From contig OX597819.1 of NCBI GenBank assembly GCA_951406725.2, positions 95,480,001 to 95,544,000 on the forward strand: DNA of 64,000 bases, in the 5' to 3' direction. Each line of letters begins with the position of its first letter. Positions within the stretch are counted from its first letter, which is position 1. Below are positions 27,042-39,939 of the stretch, in pieces. The DNA is from Octopus vulgaris (taxonomy: Eukaryota). Position numbers and translations under genes: made by a program. Under the pieces are notes generated by a model that had not been told where the DNA came from, did no database searches, and saw only the letters and a program-made list of their open reading frames with translations.

Positions 27042-27256
27042 AGGCGGCGAGCTAGCAGAAACGTTAGCACGCCTGGTGTAATGCTTAGCAGTATTTTCGT
27101 CTGCTGTTACATTCTGAGTTCAAATTCCGCCGAGGTCGATTTTGCCTTTCATCCTTTCGGGGTCGATTAAATAAGTACCAGTTATGCACTGGGGACGATG
27201 TAATTGACTTAATCCCTTTGTCTTTGTTTAGCCCCTTGTGGGCAGTAAAGAAATAA
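27042..27256 (+). mobile_element. tRNA-derived SINE, family B, nested in a family A SINE
   Basis: Head ggcggcgagctagcagaa, B box gagttcaaattcc, central gcctttcatcctttcggggtcgat domain; interrupts the family A motif gaaactgaa|agaagc. Minus-strand copies near 24980, 26340, 41697, 44805 and 46875. Confidence 0.8.
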
Positions 27257-27956
27257 GAAGCTTGTCATGCATATATATATATATTACAAGATTCATTAGA
27301 ATTTAGGCACATCACGTTGGATGCCAGAAATGGATAGATACAATGACATAGGGTTCTCAGTGAAGTAAAACAATCAGGAAGATATATGTTGGTAGGTTAC
27401 TCTATGTAAGTACCAACTCCAATTTAAACTGTATCTCTGATCTAGGCTGGTTCTAATTGTGACACCAGTATAAAGGGGGCACAAATAGAGTTCAAAATTT
27501 ACGACAGCTATTTCAGGAGAATTTTATTGAGGTATTTACAGATTACATCGTCCTAGCATATAATCTGCCTTTTAAATGATAAAAACAGTTGAGATACTGC
27601 CTTGATGATGAAGATGAATCCAGCCAACATTATCTAATCATGTAGGTTGGATTCATAATCATCAAAATTTTATACTTATTTAAAATGTATACTATTAATA
27701 TATCAATCATCCAAAACAGATGTCATAAGTTTTAAACCTCATTTGTGTTCCTTTATTTATATATATTTATATTGTGTGTGTCCCACCATCACTAGACCAC
27801 AGTGTTAGTTTGTTTACGTCCTGTAACTTAGTGGGTCGGTAAAAAAAAAATCAACAGAACAAGTACCGAACTTTAAAAATAAGAGTAATGCAATTGACAG
27901 TCCTCCGAGAGACTTCTTTGGTTTGAACAAGAGTCGGTAACTATTTAAAATATATA

Positions 27957-29928
27957 CAGTCAACTCTCGCTACTATGCCACCTCGCTGCTATGCCACTCT
28001 CGCTACTATGCCAGTTTTGCGCGGTCCCGGCCAAATAATAAACAAAAATTTTTTACTATGCCACCCTCAACCCTCGCTACTATGCCACTTTTAAATTGAA
28101 GCGCACGCAACTTTTCGAAATTTTGTACTCCTACATTTTGTACATTTCGTATTTGTAATCTTGTGGAAAAGTTCAGAAAGTAGCACACAATGTCAGCTCA
28201 GAAACGCAAACGGACTGAGTTTACGCTGAAGGAAAAGAAGGAGATTATCGATGCTGCGAAAAACGAGCCGAACTAGTCTAAGCTGGCTAGATAAATGAGC
28301 AAGAAATGGGGCATCGAAGTCAAGAGAACCACGGTGAAGGGCATTCTCAACAAAAAGGATGCAATCGAGGCGGCCATCAACGTTGGAATCCCATCGAAGC
28401 GCATGAAGCTGACGCAATCTCACAACCCGAAGCTCGATGATGGCGTGCTAATGTGGCTGAAACAAGCAAGAGGACAGAATCTGCCGGTCAGTGGTGATTT
28501 TTTGAAGGAGAAAGCAATTAAACTGGCCGAGCTTATGCACATTCCGAACTTTATGGCAAGCGACGGTTGGCTAGACAATTTCAAAAATCGTCACGGCATC
28601 ACGTTCAAGACAGTGCAGGGCGAAGCTGGAGCGGTGAATTCTCAATCTCTTATTAAGTGGCAACAAGAGGTTCTCTGGCCCTTGCTCAGGCAGTTTTCCG
28701 CGAACGACATGTTCAACTTGGACGAAACTGGACTCTTTTGGCAACTACTTCCGAACAAGACCATGGCTTTCAGGGGAGTGCGGTGCACAGGGGGAAAGAA
28801 AAGCAAGCAAAGAATCACTCTTTTGGTCGGAGCAAACTTAAGCGGCAGCGAGAAGCTACCTCTTCTGGTGATCGGAAATTCCAAGCAGCCTCATGCGTTT
28901 AAGAACAAAGAGATTCCTGCGAAGTACAAGGCTAATTCGAAGGCGTGGATGACAGCAGAAATTTTTGAAGAAATGTTACAAACGTGGGACGGACAACTCG
29001 GGCAGCAAAACCGCAAAGTGTTGCTCTGTCTCGATAACTTCTCTGGTCACCCTTCTGACGTCCACTTGGACAACATCCAAATGCCCTTCTTTCCGCCCAA
29101 CACGACAGCAAATTCCCAACCAATGGATCAAGGAGTCATACAAAATCTTAAGCACCATTACAAAAAGCTCTTGCTGTCCCGCCGTCTCGAAGCCATGGAC
29201 GAAGGAAACGAGTTTAAATTTACATTGCTCGACTCTCTGCACGTCGCTCGGCGTGCATGGGAGCAGGTCAGTGAATTGACGATTAAGAACTGTTTCGCGA
29301 AGGCCAAGTTCATTGAAGAGGAAATACAAATAGAGCCAGAGGATGCTGAGCTGCTCGAGATCTGGAAAGCTTTACCTCCCGAGGAAAAGACACATGAGAA
29401 CGAAACAATTGAGCTGTTTGATTTTCTCAGTGCTGACGATCGCCTCGTAACTGGAGGATCTTTCACTCTAGAAGAAATAGCAAAGGAGGTAATGCATAAC
29501 GAAGAACCGGTGGAAAGTGAAGACGACGAGGTAATTGTGGAAGAGGAATAAGTTTCGTTTGCAGATGCTCAGAGAGCATGGAGCACTATCCGAAAGTTTA
29601 TGCAGCAGCAGAGCGGCGGAAAACCCAGCGTCATGCAGGCGTGTGATAGGCTAGACAACGAAATGAATGAAATCCGCCGAAAGAAGATGCGTCAGCCGAC
29701 AATTTTTGAGAGCTTCGGGATTAACTAAAAGCAATCTGAACTTAATAAACTTGGATGTCTTCTTTTTACCATTGCATTGAACTTCTTATTGGCCTTACTT
29801 CCTACCCTATGAATTTTTATTCGTATGTTCAGTAAATTTTTGGTTATGTAGTGTTTAGATAACAGACCCTCGGTACTATGCCACTTTGGCTCAGTCCCGC
29901 AGGGTGGCATAGTAGCGAGAGTTGACTG
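27957..29928 (+). mobile_element. Full-length pogo/Tigger DNA transposon
   Basis: Perfect 26-bp TIRs CAGTCAACTCTCGCTACTATGCCACC, TA target duplication on both sides, subterminal ctactatgcca repeats, central transposase. Confidence 0.96.
28190..29728 (+). pseudogene. Tigger/pogo (TIGD/CENP-B-like) DDD transposase, 512 codons with three in-frame stops (418-aa open core 28295-29551)
   Basis: HTH_psq-like start MSAQKRKRTEFTLKEKKEII, CENP-B HTH (ASDGWLDNFKNRH), triad DETG / LDNFSGH / QPMDQGVI. Stops at 28274, 28292 and 29549; no frameshifts. Confidence 0.92.
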
Positions 29929-30055
29929 TAATTAGGGTTTCGAGTTTGCAGTAGTGTAGTGTTTAGGTTATAAGGGACGTAACTCTTAGGGCGTAGTTTA
30001 TCATATTGTTTACTCTTGTTACATGTGTAAATAAACCAGAATCCAAAGTCCAAAC

Positions 30056-30133
30056 ATGGCGAGTTCGGCACCACGTAAACTTGTTGAATTATTTTATGAT
30101 GTTGTTTCACCTTATTCATGGCTAGCTTTCGAG
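30056..30133 (+). CDS. GSTK1: GSTK1 exon 1 (MASSAPRKLVELFYDVVSPYSWLAFE; catalytic Ser motif)
   Basis: aaacATGG start context, gtaagt donor; near-identical to the kappa GST VELFYDVLSPYSWLGFE. Confidence 0.95.
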
Positions 30134-31365
30134 GTAAGTATGAATGCTAGTTATTGTTTATCTCCAGTCTTTCATGATTGAACGAACCCGCGGGAAAAGA
30201 CGTTCCAGCTGTGAATATCCCGCCTTTTTCTCAGACACTAGACTCGTGAACTATGAACGTTATATATATAGGTTAAGCTCCAGTTTTTGACCCGAGCAAA
30301 AAAATTAAAACAAAATAGTGTAATAGGTGTAAAATAATGTGTAGTAAACGAATATGAAAAAAAATGCGCGCTGGCGAACGGGGGTGGGGGAGAGAGGACT
30401 CGGAAAATTCACTTTCCTAAGGTGCTATGCAGTGAGACTGAACCTGGAACCGTGTGGTTGGAAAAAATTTCTTGAGGTGAAAAAATCGGATCGTGTGAAT
30501 TGTCCAGGTCCTCCCACCTCCGTTCGCCAGCAAGTATCTTCAACTATAGCCTCGGACCGACCGATGCGTTCACGAGACCGAAAGTGGCATTTCAGACGAA
30601 AAATTATCTATGCTATAAACGAAGATGAAAACAAAAATTTGCGCACAAATTTTTTTTCGATTCTGTCTTCTGCATAATGGTATTAAAAGAAACAATTGCA
30701 GCGTAGTTGTTTGTAAGCCATTCACGAACACACACCCACCCACAAAAAAAAAAATAAAAATGAAGACGTTACTTCCACTGCAACATTTAAATTTCATTTG
30801 TCTAAATATTTTCGTTCTTTGAAACTGCGACAAAACCCTGACAAAAATTCGTGCCGCATCTGTCTTGTCAGTCTCGGTTTCAAAGTGACGAAAATATTGA
30901 GATTGAGTTCAGGTAAGTGCGCGCTGGCGAAAGGATGGGGGCGACTCGGAAAATTCACATCGTTCCGAGTCCTCTCACATTTCCCCCGTTCGTCTGCACA
31001 AATTTTTTTCGTCATATTCGTAATTATTCCACACCCAGTACACTATTTTATGTGTAAAGGTAAGAAATCTACAAGTGAACCAAGGTTTCTAGTCACTCCC
31101 TATATCCAATTGGACCCAATTTAATTTACACTGGAGCCACTGGTCTAGATTGTCACTTCACAGTTACAAATTCAAATTCCTCCAGAATGAACTTTTATTG
31201 TTTATGCCCAGAAAACAAGGAAATATATTGTTCTTTGTTGTTTTGCAACAAAAATAATTTGTTGGCTGAACAAATTTATAATCGAAGACGTTCCAGTTGT
31301 AAATATCCAGTCTTTTTACGGTGGAGGTAGCGTAGTGCATTATAGAATGAGTATGCCCTTTAAAC

Positions 31366-31638
31366 CAGTGTTTCTCAAACTATCTGATGTGGCGTACCGG
31401 CAGTCTCCCCCCAATGTGCCAGGGACCGGTAATATTTCTTAGTAATATTAATTTATACCGGAAACAACATATGCAATGAATATAATAAAAGTCGTCGACA
31501 ATTCTTTTTATCTTTTATTTATTTTGTAAACAAATATTGCAATAATACTCAAGCATTTTATAATGTTTCTTTCTTTTCTGGAAACTCGCCGCGTCCCGGC
31601 AGCTGATGGCTCACGGACCACCACTTTGAGTAGCACTG
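31366..31638. mobile_element. hAT (Charlie-like) MITE
   Basis: TIRs CAGTGTTTCTCAAA / CAGTGCTACTCAAA; perfect 8-bp TSD CTTTAAAC at 31358-31365 and 31639-31646. Confidence 0.92.
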
Positions 31639-31930
31639 CTTTAAACGATCGTGTTCTTTAAGATAGGTTTTATTATTAGCTTAAAATGCCAGCAGCAGCG
31701 TGAAGATTCATTTATGAGTATTGGTAATATACAGAATTCCAGTTGGACTATGTAAAACTTTACAATTAATAATAAAAATAAAAAAAGAATATTTCACTTT
31801 AATATCATATATCTATTTTCCCCTGGAAAGTAAGATATATGGTAATGAATTATCTTTGGCAACGCAACAAACTCTAATCTCTTAAAATCCTTGAATAAAA
31901 CTAAAACCAGGGTCAGCAAACATGAATTCT

Positions 31931-31970
<40 letters not shown>

Positions 31971-31972
<2 letters not shown>

Positions 31973-32247
31973 TGTGATCACGTGACCGACCAGACCATCA
32001 GATGTTGCTACACATCGCTGGTCACAATGCGTTTGCATTGTTTTAGCCTTCGAACGACGCCACCTCGCTGGCTAAGCGAGCAGGCCAACAGAAGAAAGAG
32101 TGGGTGAAAGAGTACAGCAGGGATCCTCGTTGAGCTATTTTAGGTGTTTTTCGCTCAATAAACACACACAACGCCCGGTCTGGCAATCGAAACCGCGATC
32201 CTCCGACCGTGAGTCCGCTGCCCTAACCACTGGGCCATTGCGCCTCC
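31971..32247 (-). mobile_element. tRNA-derived SINE, family C (CpG-rich, young)
   Basis: Minus-strand head ggaggcgcaatggcccagtggttagggcagcggact...ggtttcgattgcc with A/B boxes; ends at a (TA)n tract. Confidence 0.8.
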
Positions 32248-33298
32248 AATAACGAAGCGGCGATTTTCAATTCAATCGAACTGTTTTCAAATTAAGCTAT
32301 TAGATCAAAATCTGATGCAATGAAAGTTGAAAGAATCTGAAATTTGAAAATAACAAACTCAACTCACAAAAAACGTGTGAATTTACAAGCTGTATTTATC
32401 ATATGCAAATATAGCATATATATAATTTCTTGATTTCTGAGTCCTCAAATATTGATTACTTTTGATTCATTAATGAAACAAACCAACAACAACCGGACTT
32501 GGTGTGATTATAGAGAATTCTGGCAAATGAATATCCTCCAAATCATACGTAAAAACTTACACCTCCGATTTATATGAAGCGTAGTGCTAAATTTTATGAC
32601 AGTTTTGCCTTTCATGGAAATTAACAATATAAACGATGTTGAAACAGGATGATGCGAGCAGTAAATCACTGGAAAGGACTTTGCTCTCTTCAACGCCCTC
32701 CCCAAATAAACTATAAAATATTTTATATTTATTGCAACATCACTATTTATGAGTACTTGCTTGAAGATATCTATTGTTGTTATCTCATTCAATTAACTTG
32801 ATCTTTTGTTTCCTGTTCTATTTTCATTAGCTGCTTTCGTTACTGATTGAATTGGAGTTATTTCCCCTCCATCAATAACGTCCTGAAGTCACAAAGATAA
32901 AAAATATCTTGTTAGAAAATATTGCTTAAGTTTATGCATAAAGCAACAAATTCTTACGTCGATGGGTTACCAACATAAATTAGTTGTTAACCAATTCGAG
33001 AAGTAATTTATGACAAGAAGAAGAAATAGGATGTCAAATCCAATACAAAAAATAAATCATTGTATCCACGAGAACTTGTTATGAAGCTTGGGAATAATAT
33101 GTTTGCTGAGTATTTTAAAAATGAAAATGAATTTCTTGAATTAATAATTCAATAAAATTTACATTTTAATAACAAATTAGTAACGTGTAATCGTTGGTTA
33201 TAAAATAAATGTTTAAAACTCTCTTTTTGTGTTTATGTACTACTTAATGCTGTTGGCACACCTTGGTTAGAAATATATTGAAAAAATATTTATTTCAG

Positions 33299-33380
33299 GT
33301 GTTAAACAGATATAAAAACTACTGGAACATTAATTTGTGTTTAAAACCTGTTTTTCTTGGAGGTATCATGCAGAAAACAG
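33299..33380 (+). CDS. GSTK1: GSTK1 exon 2 (VLNRYKNYWNINLCLKPVFLGGIMQKT)
   Basis: tttcag/gtaaa, phase-1 end; matches [27 protein letters not shown]. Confidence 0.93.
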
Positions 33381-34520
33381 GTAAATAAAGTTGTATTATA
33401 TTATTTTATCTCATTTTCATTTCTTTAATTCAAAATATTCACTTCAATTTTGTAAGAGCTTCCCCAAACAAACTGGGATCATATTTTAGTTTAACTAATT
33501 ATAAAAGTGTTCATTTACAAAAAAAAAAAAAGCAAGAAAAGAGTTCTGTGACATTAAAGAACCATTATCAAAGATATGTGAGAACTTAAACCATAGCTTT
33601 TCTTGATATCCACTTTCACTACTATGGCACTATATTCATATGAAAATTAAAAGACCTGTTGATACATTATATGAGATGAAACAGTCACATTCAAGTCAAC
33701 AGTAGATTAACATTTATATTATTGTACAATAAAGTTTGTATTCCTGACATGTTGCCTCATAGTATATTTTCACCATCTTCACATTTTAGCAAAAGCAGCT
33801 TCAGGGTTCAGCTAAATAATTTTCTTTTATGCCATCAAAGATTGATCATATTAATTCCTACCAAATCCTACTCAAAATTAACAGCACAACTCGTTTTTTT
33901 AATCAGTAACATTCACTTCATCCACTAAAGCACATTTAATTAATAATTAAGCCTGTAGTTTTCCATTACCTGCAGACCTTTCTACTTGTTCTCTTTTGCG
34001 CATGTGTGTGTATATATATATATATACACACACACACACGCATACATTGTCATTGTCATCATTTTAATCAGGTGGAATTTATAGAGGCAGATTTTTCTAT
34101 GACAAGATGCCCTTCCTGTCACCAATTGTCACTTGTTTCCAAGCATAGTAATATTTTCTCATGGCTGGACATGTTCTCACAGAATATACGAAGTCAATGA
34201 CACTGCATTTACAGCTATCATGCAATATCAAGACAATGAGATACAAGCATTCACACACTCACACTTAAAACACAAATACATACATACATATACACACTCA
34301 CACACACATACATACATAATATATATGTATGTATGATGATCTTCTTTCAGTTTCTGTCTACCAAATCTGCTCTGAGCAACCCAAGATTATCATAGAAGAC
34401 ACTTGCCCAAGGTGCCACATGGTGGGACTGAACCCACAACCATGTGGGTCATCATCATCATCGTTGTTTAATGTCCAAGCTGCTGGACAAGGTCATGAAA
34501 ATTACGGAGTGAGTTATATC

Positions 34521-35345
34521 TAGTTAGTTAGTTAGTTAGTTAGTTAATTTGGCTCAAAAGCAAATAGCAAGGCCATGTAGGGGGACATGGAGTTAAGTAC
34601 AGGGTGGTGTTCATGTAAAGAGTTCAGGCCACTTGAGGTCAAGGGAGGCTTTGAACAAAGCGGTCGTCGGCATCTTCACCATCTCGTCTGGCAGCTTGTT
34701 CCACGGATCCGCAACCCGGACAGAGAAAGCTCCTCTCCTTCGATTGAGATGAAATCTTCGCAGGTAGAGCTTTTCGGAATGACCCCGCAGCCGACGCTCT
34801 GGAGCAGGGGTGAAGAACAGCTCTTTCGAGAGGTTACACTTTCCGCTTATGATGTTGTGGGCGAGAATGAGATCACCACGGCGGCGGCGTTTTTCAAGAG
34901 AATAAAGGTCGAGCGTCCTCAGCCTTTCTTCGTAGGACAAATTTTTGAGACCATGAACCATGCGGGTAGCCAGCTTCTGGACTCTTTCGAGATGCTGTAT
35001 GTCTTTGAGGAGATAAGGAGAAGAGGCTTGAATCCCGTACTCCAATATGGGTCTCACCAGCGTGACATAGAGTGGTAGGAATATGGTTGCTGTGAGCATT
35101 CCGAATGACCGTCGAATCAAGAACAGAATTCCGCGTGCTTTGTTGGCAGCATGGACGCACTGGGCCGAAAGCGAAAAGGAGGAATCCACCAAGATACCCA
35201 GGTCCTTTACCTGATCGGTCCTCTCCAGCAGCAGACGACCCGGCTCGAAATCAAGTTGAGTTGCAGGAGGGGAGCCAACAGGCAGATGACAGCACTTTGA
35301 CACGTTCAGACACAGGTCCCATTCGTTAGACCACTTCCAACTGAT
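34521..35345 (-). mobile_element. CR1-like LINE 3' fragment (RT C-terminus, open frame)
   Basis: KDLGILVD, LYVTLVRPILEY, LERVQKLATRMV, RRRRGDLI, WNKLP; (TAAC)n tail. Abuts an opposite-strand RTE piece at 35346-35470. Confidence 0.9.
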
Positions 35346-36629
35346 TATGGATAGAATTAAGCTACATGAGATGCAGTTTGGTTTTGTTCCAGGGAGAAGT
35401 ACCACAGATGCTATCTTCATAATGAGACAGTTGCAAGAAAAGTATTTGGCCAAAAGTAAACCATTGTATTCACACACACATACAAACAAATTTCTTGCCA
35501 TACCACCACCTATCATATATGCATATACACACACTTTCAAAGATTTCACATGCGAAAACTAGAGTGCCACAAAACACAATCTAAGTTTCTAATGAACCAA
35601 GTCTGTGAACTAGTTTAAACTCAGTAACCAATTAATTTCTCTTCATTTCCTCCATGCTTTCTAAAGCAGAAATACCAAGTCAAGTTGAAAGGATATTTTG
35701 TTTATCAACAATCTACAGAGAAAAATCAAAAATTAGTAAAGTTCACTGTCTCTCTTGTATAATCCACAACTCAGAACAAACATTACACATGATTACGTTA
35801 CTTCCTTATAATGCCTCTTAACATGATTCTATTTGTATTTACCAATCACACCACAACAATGTAACAACAAAAGATATATTATTGCTTTGGTTGTGTGGTA
35901 AAAAGTTTGCTTCCCAACCACATGGTTCTGGGTTCAGTCCTACTGTTTGGCACCTTGGGCAAATGTCTTCTATAGCCTTAGCATGACCAAATCCTTGTGA
36001 TTGGACTTAGTAAATGGAAACTGAAAGAAGCCCACAGTGTTAGTGTATTTACATCCCCATAACTTAGTGGTTTGAAAAAAAGAAACTAATAAAATAAGTA
36101 CCAGGCTTGAAAAAATTAAGTACTGTAATCAATTCATTCAACCAAAGGTTCTTCCAGGCAGTGCTCCAGTATGGCCACAGTCTAATGACTGAAACATATA
36201 AAAGATAAAAGATACTAGTTATAATAAGTAAAGAACAGATATCATTTCAATTGTATTTATCAATTTACTTTTTCATATATTCTGAGTTATTCTGTTAACA
36301 ATTTTTGGAGCCATAGCAAAGTGTAAAAATAAAGTAATATTTCTTTTTATTTTTACATTTTTGTGGTGTAACCAGTAGATACTTAAAGAATAATATTGGG
36401 ACATATTGTGAGGAAGCAAGCCATTTTGTGTAATGATTATTCTAAGTTGTGGAATATATATGAGTGAAAAGAAATACATTCAGGCAAAGGCATTGCTGTG
36501 TGATTACAAAAAAGTTTTCTTAGCAACCATTGTGTGATACTTTAGGTAAGTGTCTTCTCTTACAGTCTTGGACTGGCCAATGCAATGTATATTTGCAAGC
36601 TAAATTTTTCTGGTAAATCACTCCAAGGA

Positions 36630-37830
36630 ATCAGTTAAACTGATGACCTTTTATTACATCACTTGGACAGTTATACTTTAAATGGTTACTTTTGGGGATT
36701 GCCTCAATACCTGAGCACTTCCAGAATAGAGCATTTACTGAAGTTACCGCATTTAGAGAGTGGTATTTGCCATATGGATGATGTACTGAAATGGGAACAT
36801 ACAGAACAACTGTGACTCATATCTTTATACAGTGGTGAGGAAGATTGAGAATATAAATGAAAATGTTACCTTTCAACAAGGGAAGATAAAAATTCCCAGG
36901 TCATATAATTTCAGATGAAGGAACAAAGTCAGACCTAAGTAAAGCTGCAAGAGCCCACTAATATAAGTGAGCTCTGCAGATGGCAAATCAGTTTATTCCA
37001 AAGTTATTAGAAATAGATAAACCCATAAGAGACTTACTGGCTAAGAAGAATCACTGGCTCTAGGGAGCTGATCAGAGTAAAGCAGTGAACAGCCCGAGGA
37101 GGAACTGTTCAAGTACACCATTGTTAATTCTGTGTGATCGTCAAAGAAAGATTAAAGTGTCAGCTGAGATACTTTCAGACTGGGAGCAGTTCTGCTACAA
37201 AAAGAAATGTGAAGCAAGGAATGGAGACATTTTACTTACGCTACCAGATCTCTTCCACCAATCAAGCAGAAGTATGCTCACATTGAAAAAGAGGTACTGG
37301 TAATGTCATAAGCCTGTGAAAGTTTCAGAGACTTGCTGATAGACTAATACTTTATGTTGGAGATAGATCACAAATTTTTCTGGGAGCCCAAACTTTAAAT
37401 ATCTTACTCGAGGCTCTGACATTTCAGAATGAGACCAATTCCTACATAGTATCTTGTTTCTAGGGAAAGCTTATGGAATGTAGACATACTGTCATGAATA
37501 ACAGTGGAGTAAAATAGTAGACTTAGATACAGAGTTAATTCGAGACCACAAATATCTGTGGACAGCATCATGGAGAACTTTCTAGAAAGAGTTTCCCACC
37601 TGAAAGCACTCCAAAACAGACATATTGTACAGTTATGTAAAGGCATCGGGATGAATGACCAGAGTACAATGCATGTAAAGGAATATTAAAATTGTTCCAA
37701 GTGGTGTATCCTTTCCAAACAGTATATGGTGGTCCTCTGTGAAGGGTATTAGTCATTTCCTCATTTTTAAGAAATAATGATCTTGCTGAACTTCATGATG
37801 GTCTCACTACTCTAACTACAACACTAGTTG
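36630..37830 (+). mobile_element. Decayed Ty3/Gypsy pol remnant
   Basis: FKWLLLGIASIPEHFQ and ICHMDDVL (RT), YAHIEKEVL (RNase H); many stops; no LTRs seen. Confidence 0.75.
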
Positions 37831-39221
37831 GGTGCCCTATTGCTGTCTGTCTTGAACTAATTCAAATAGTGAATTGCTGTATCCTTCTGTAAAGAAGGTA
37901 GCTTCTGTAATTCTTGAAGGCTTATATAAATGGCAAAAACACTTCACTCTTAATACACTCCAACAAAGTATCTGCTTTGTGTTTAATAAATTCCAGTTGT
38001 GCATGATAAAAGAAAGACAAAACATTACATTGGAGAATTACACTTTCTTCATATAGCTTTCGTATTTATTAGTGATGTGGAGAAGAGGATGAACATGCTA
38101 GAGCTGAACTACAAGAATGTAATGACGTTTTCTTCTGTTCTAAATTGTCATAAGTCTTCATGGGAAGCAGTTAAGATAGTGGAGTTTGATTTATCAGATC
38201 CTAATCTCAATGACACTCTGGACTCTCATTTCTTTCAGTGACAGTGAATTATTTCACAATGCCCTGCTATGTCTATTGCTCCTATGAAGGATTTTTTTTG
38301 CCATTCAAAGAGAAAACTATCAAGGTTCAGGTAAATCTGAATCTCTGAGTTTATTGATTTTTCTTAAAGGAGGCTGAATATTGTAATACTGTATTCTTTA
38401 ACAATTTATGGATCACATGGTGGAGGCAAGTGTCTTCTACTATAACCCCTGGTTGAACAAAGCCTTGTGAGTGAATTTGGCAGGCAGAAAGTGGAAGAAA
38501 CTCGTTGCATATGTGTGTGTTTGTGCTGTTATACCCTGCCTTGATGGTTATAAGTGAGTCTCACATCATGCAAGCAGTGTCCTTTGTATCCAATCTTCAA
38601 TGAAAAAACGTCTAGTCATGAGGAAAATTACCTCACTTGGAAACAGTTGAGTAAAAGCATCCAGCCATAAAAAAATCTCCCTCAACAAAATTCCATCCAA
38701 CCCATTCAGTGGTGAGCAAGCTCTTTCCTTTGCTTAAACTGTTAGCTGAGCTGTGTCATTAGTTACTGAATAAAACTTTAAACATACTGACCTCTTTTTT
38801 AAGTTGCTAATCTCCATTTAAATGTTGTGCAGCTTTAATGACACAAGCTATCTGACCGTGTTATGTGTAACAATGGTGTGAATCATAAGATTGTCTGTTA
38901 CAATGGTGTGATTTATGAGTGTCACTTAATACAGTGGTAGTATAGGTGGATTTGGCAGCAGGGTTGTAGCTGTGACAGCAGCAGTAGTGGCAGTGGCAGC
39001 GGTGGTGGCAGTGGTGGTGGCAGCAGCGGTGGTGGTAATTGGTTGTGAAATGACCTTTAGCTAAATAGATAAAACAAATGCTATCTGGTTGCTGTTCAAC
39101 TCTCATGCTTTTATTTTATTTATATATATATATATACATTATATACATACATAAATACATATATATATATATTGTTGTATTTAGGAATGGTCATTTTGCC
39201 AGTTTATATATATATATATAT

Positions 39222-39612
39222 AGGAATGGCTGTGTGGTAAGTAGCTTGCTTACCAACCACATGGTTCCCGGTTTAGTCCCACTGCGTGGCACCTTGGACA
39301 AATGTCTTCTACTATAGCCTCAGGCCGACCAAAGCCTTGTGAGTGGATTTGGTAGACGGAAACTGAAAGAAGCACGTCGTATATATGTATATGTATATAT
39401 GTGTGTATGTGTTTGTATCTGTGTTTGTCCCCCCCAGCATCGGTTGTCAAGCGATACTGGTTTGTTTACGTTCTTGTAACTTAGCAGTTCAGTAAAAGAG
39501 ACCAATAGAATAAGTACTAGGCTTACAAAGAATAAGTCCTGGGGTCGATTTGCTCAACTAAAGGCGGTGCTCCAGCATGGCTGCTGTGAAATGATTGAAA
39601 CAAGTAAAAGAA
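39222..39612 (+). mobile_element. tRNA-derived SINE, family A
   Basis: Colinear with the reverse complement of 598-1011. Confidence 0.85.
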
Positions 39613-39939
39613 TATATATATATATGTATATTTATTTTGATTCTGTTCATGCACCACTGTAGTCAACATAGACTAAAACAGCTTTACAATTTTACATTAA
39701 CAATCTTTTGATTTATCCAAAGCCTTCCTATGAATTAATATGAAAGCAGTGTCTAACTATAGACCACTATTTTTTCAAAAAAAGCTTCCAATATATGTAC
39801 TCAAGATATTTTACTTGCATACAAGAATGTTTTGCGATGACAAAAGAGAAAGTTTCTTTCTTAAATATTCCTGTGATCTCATTTTACTTTTTCACTAAAA
39901 GTGAAAGCTCTGAAACTAAACAATACTTAACCATTAAGG

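Noticed and set aside
28295-29551. Domesticated TIGD4/TIGD6-like host gene
   Set aside because: Perfect TIRs, a TA duplication and nonsense codons on both sides of the ORF show it is a transposon copy.
32175-32247. Functional tRNA gene
   Set aside because: The tRNA-like head continues into a SINE body, with no clean acceptor stem.
37999-38335. Possible extra GSTK1 exon(s)
   Set aside because: Exons 2 and 3 already join in frame (T-G-NKPP) with no gap relative to orthologs, and there is no recognisable homology.
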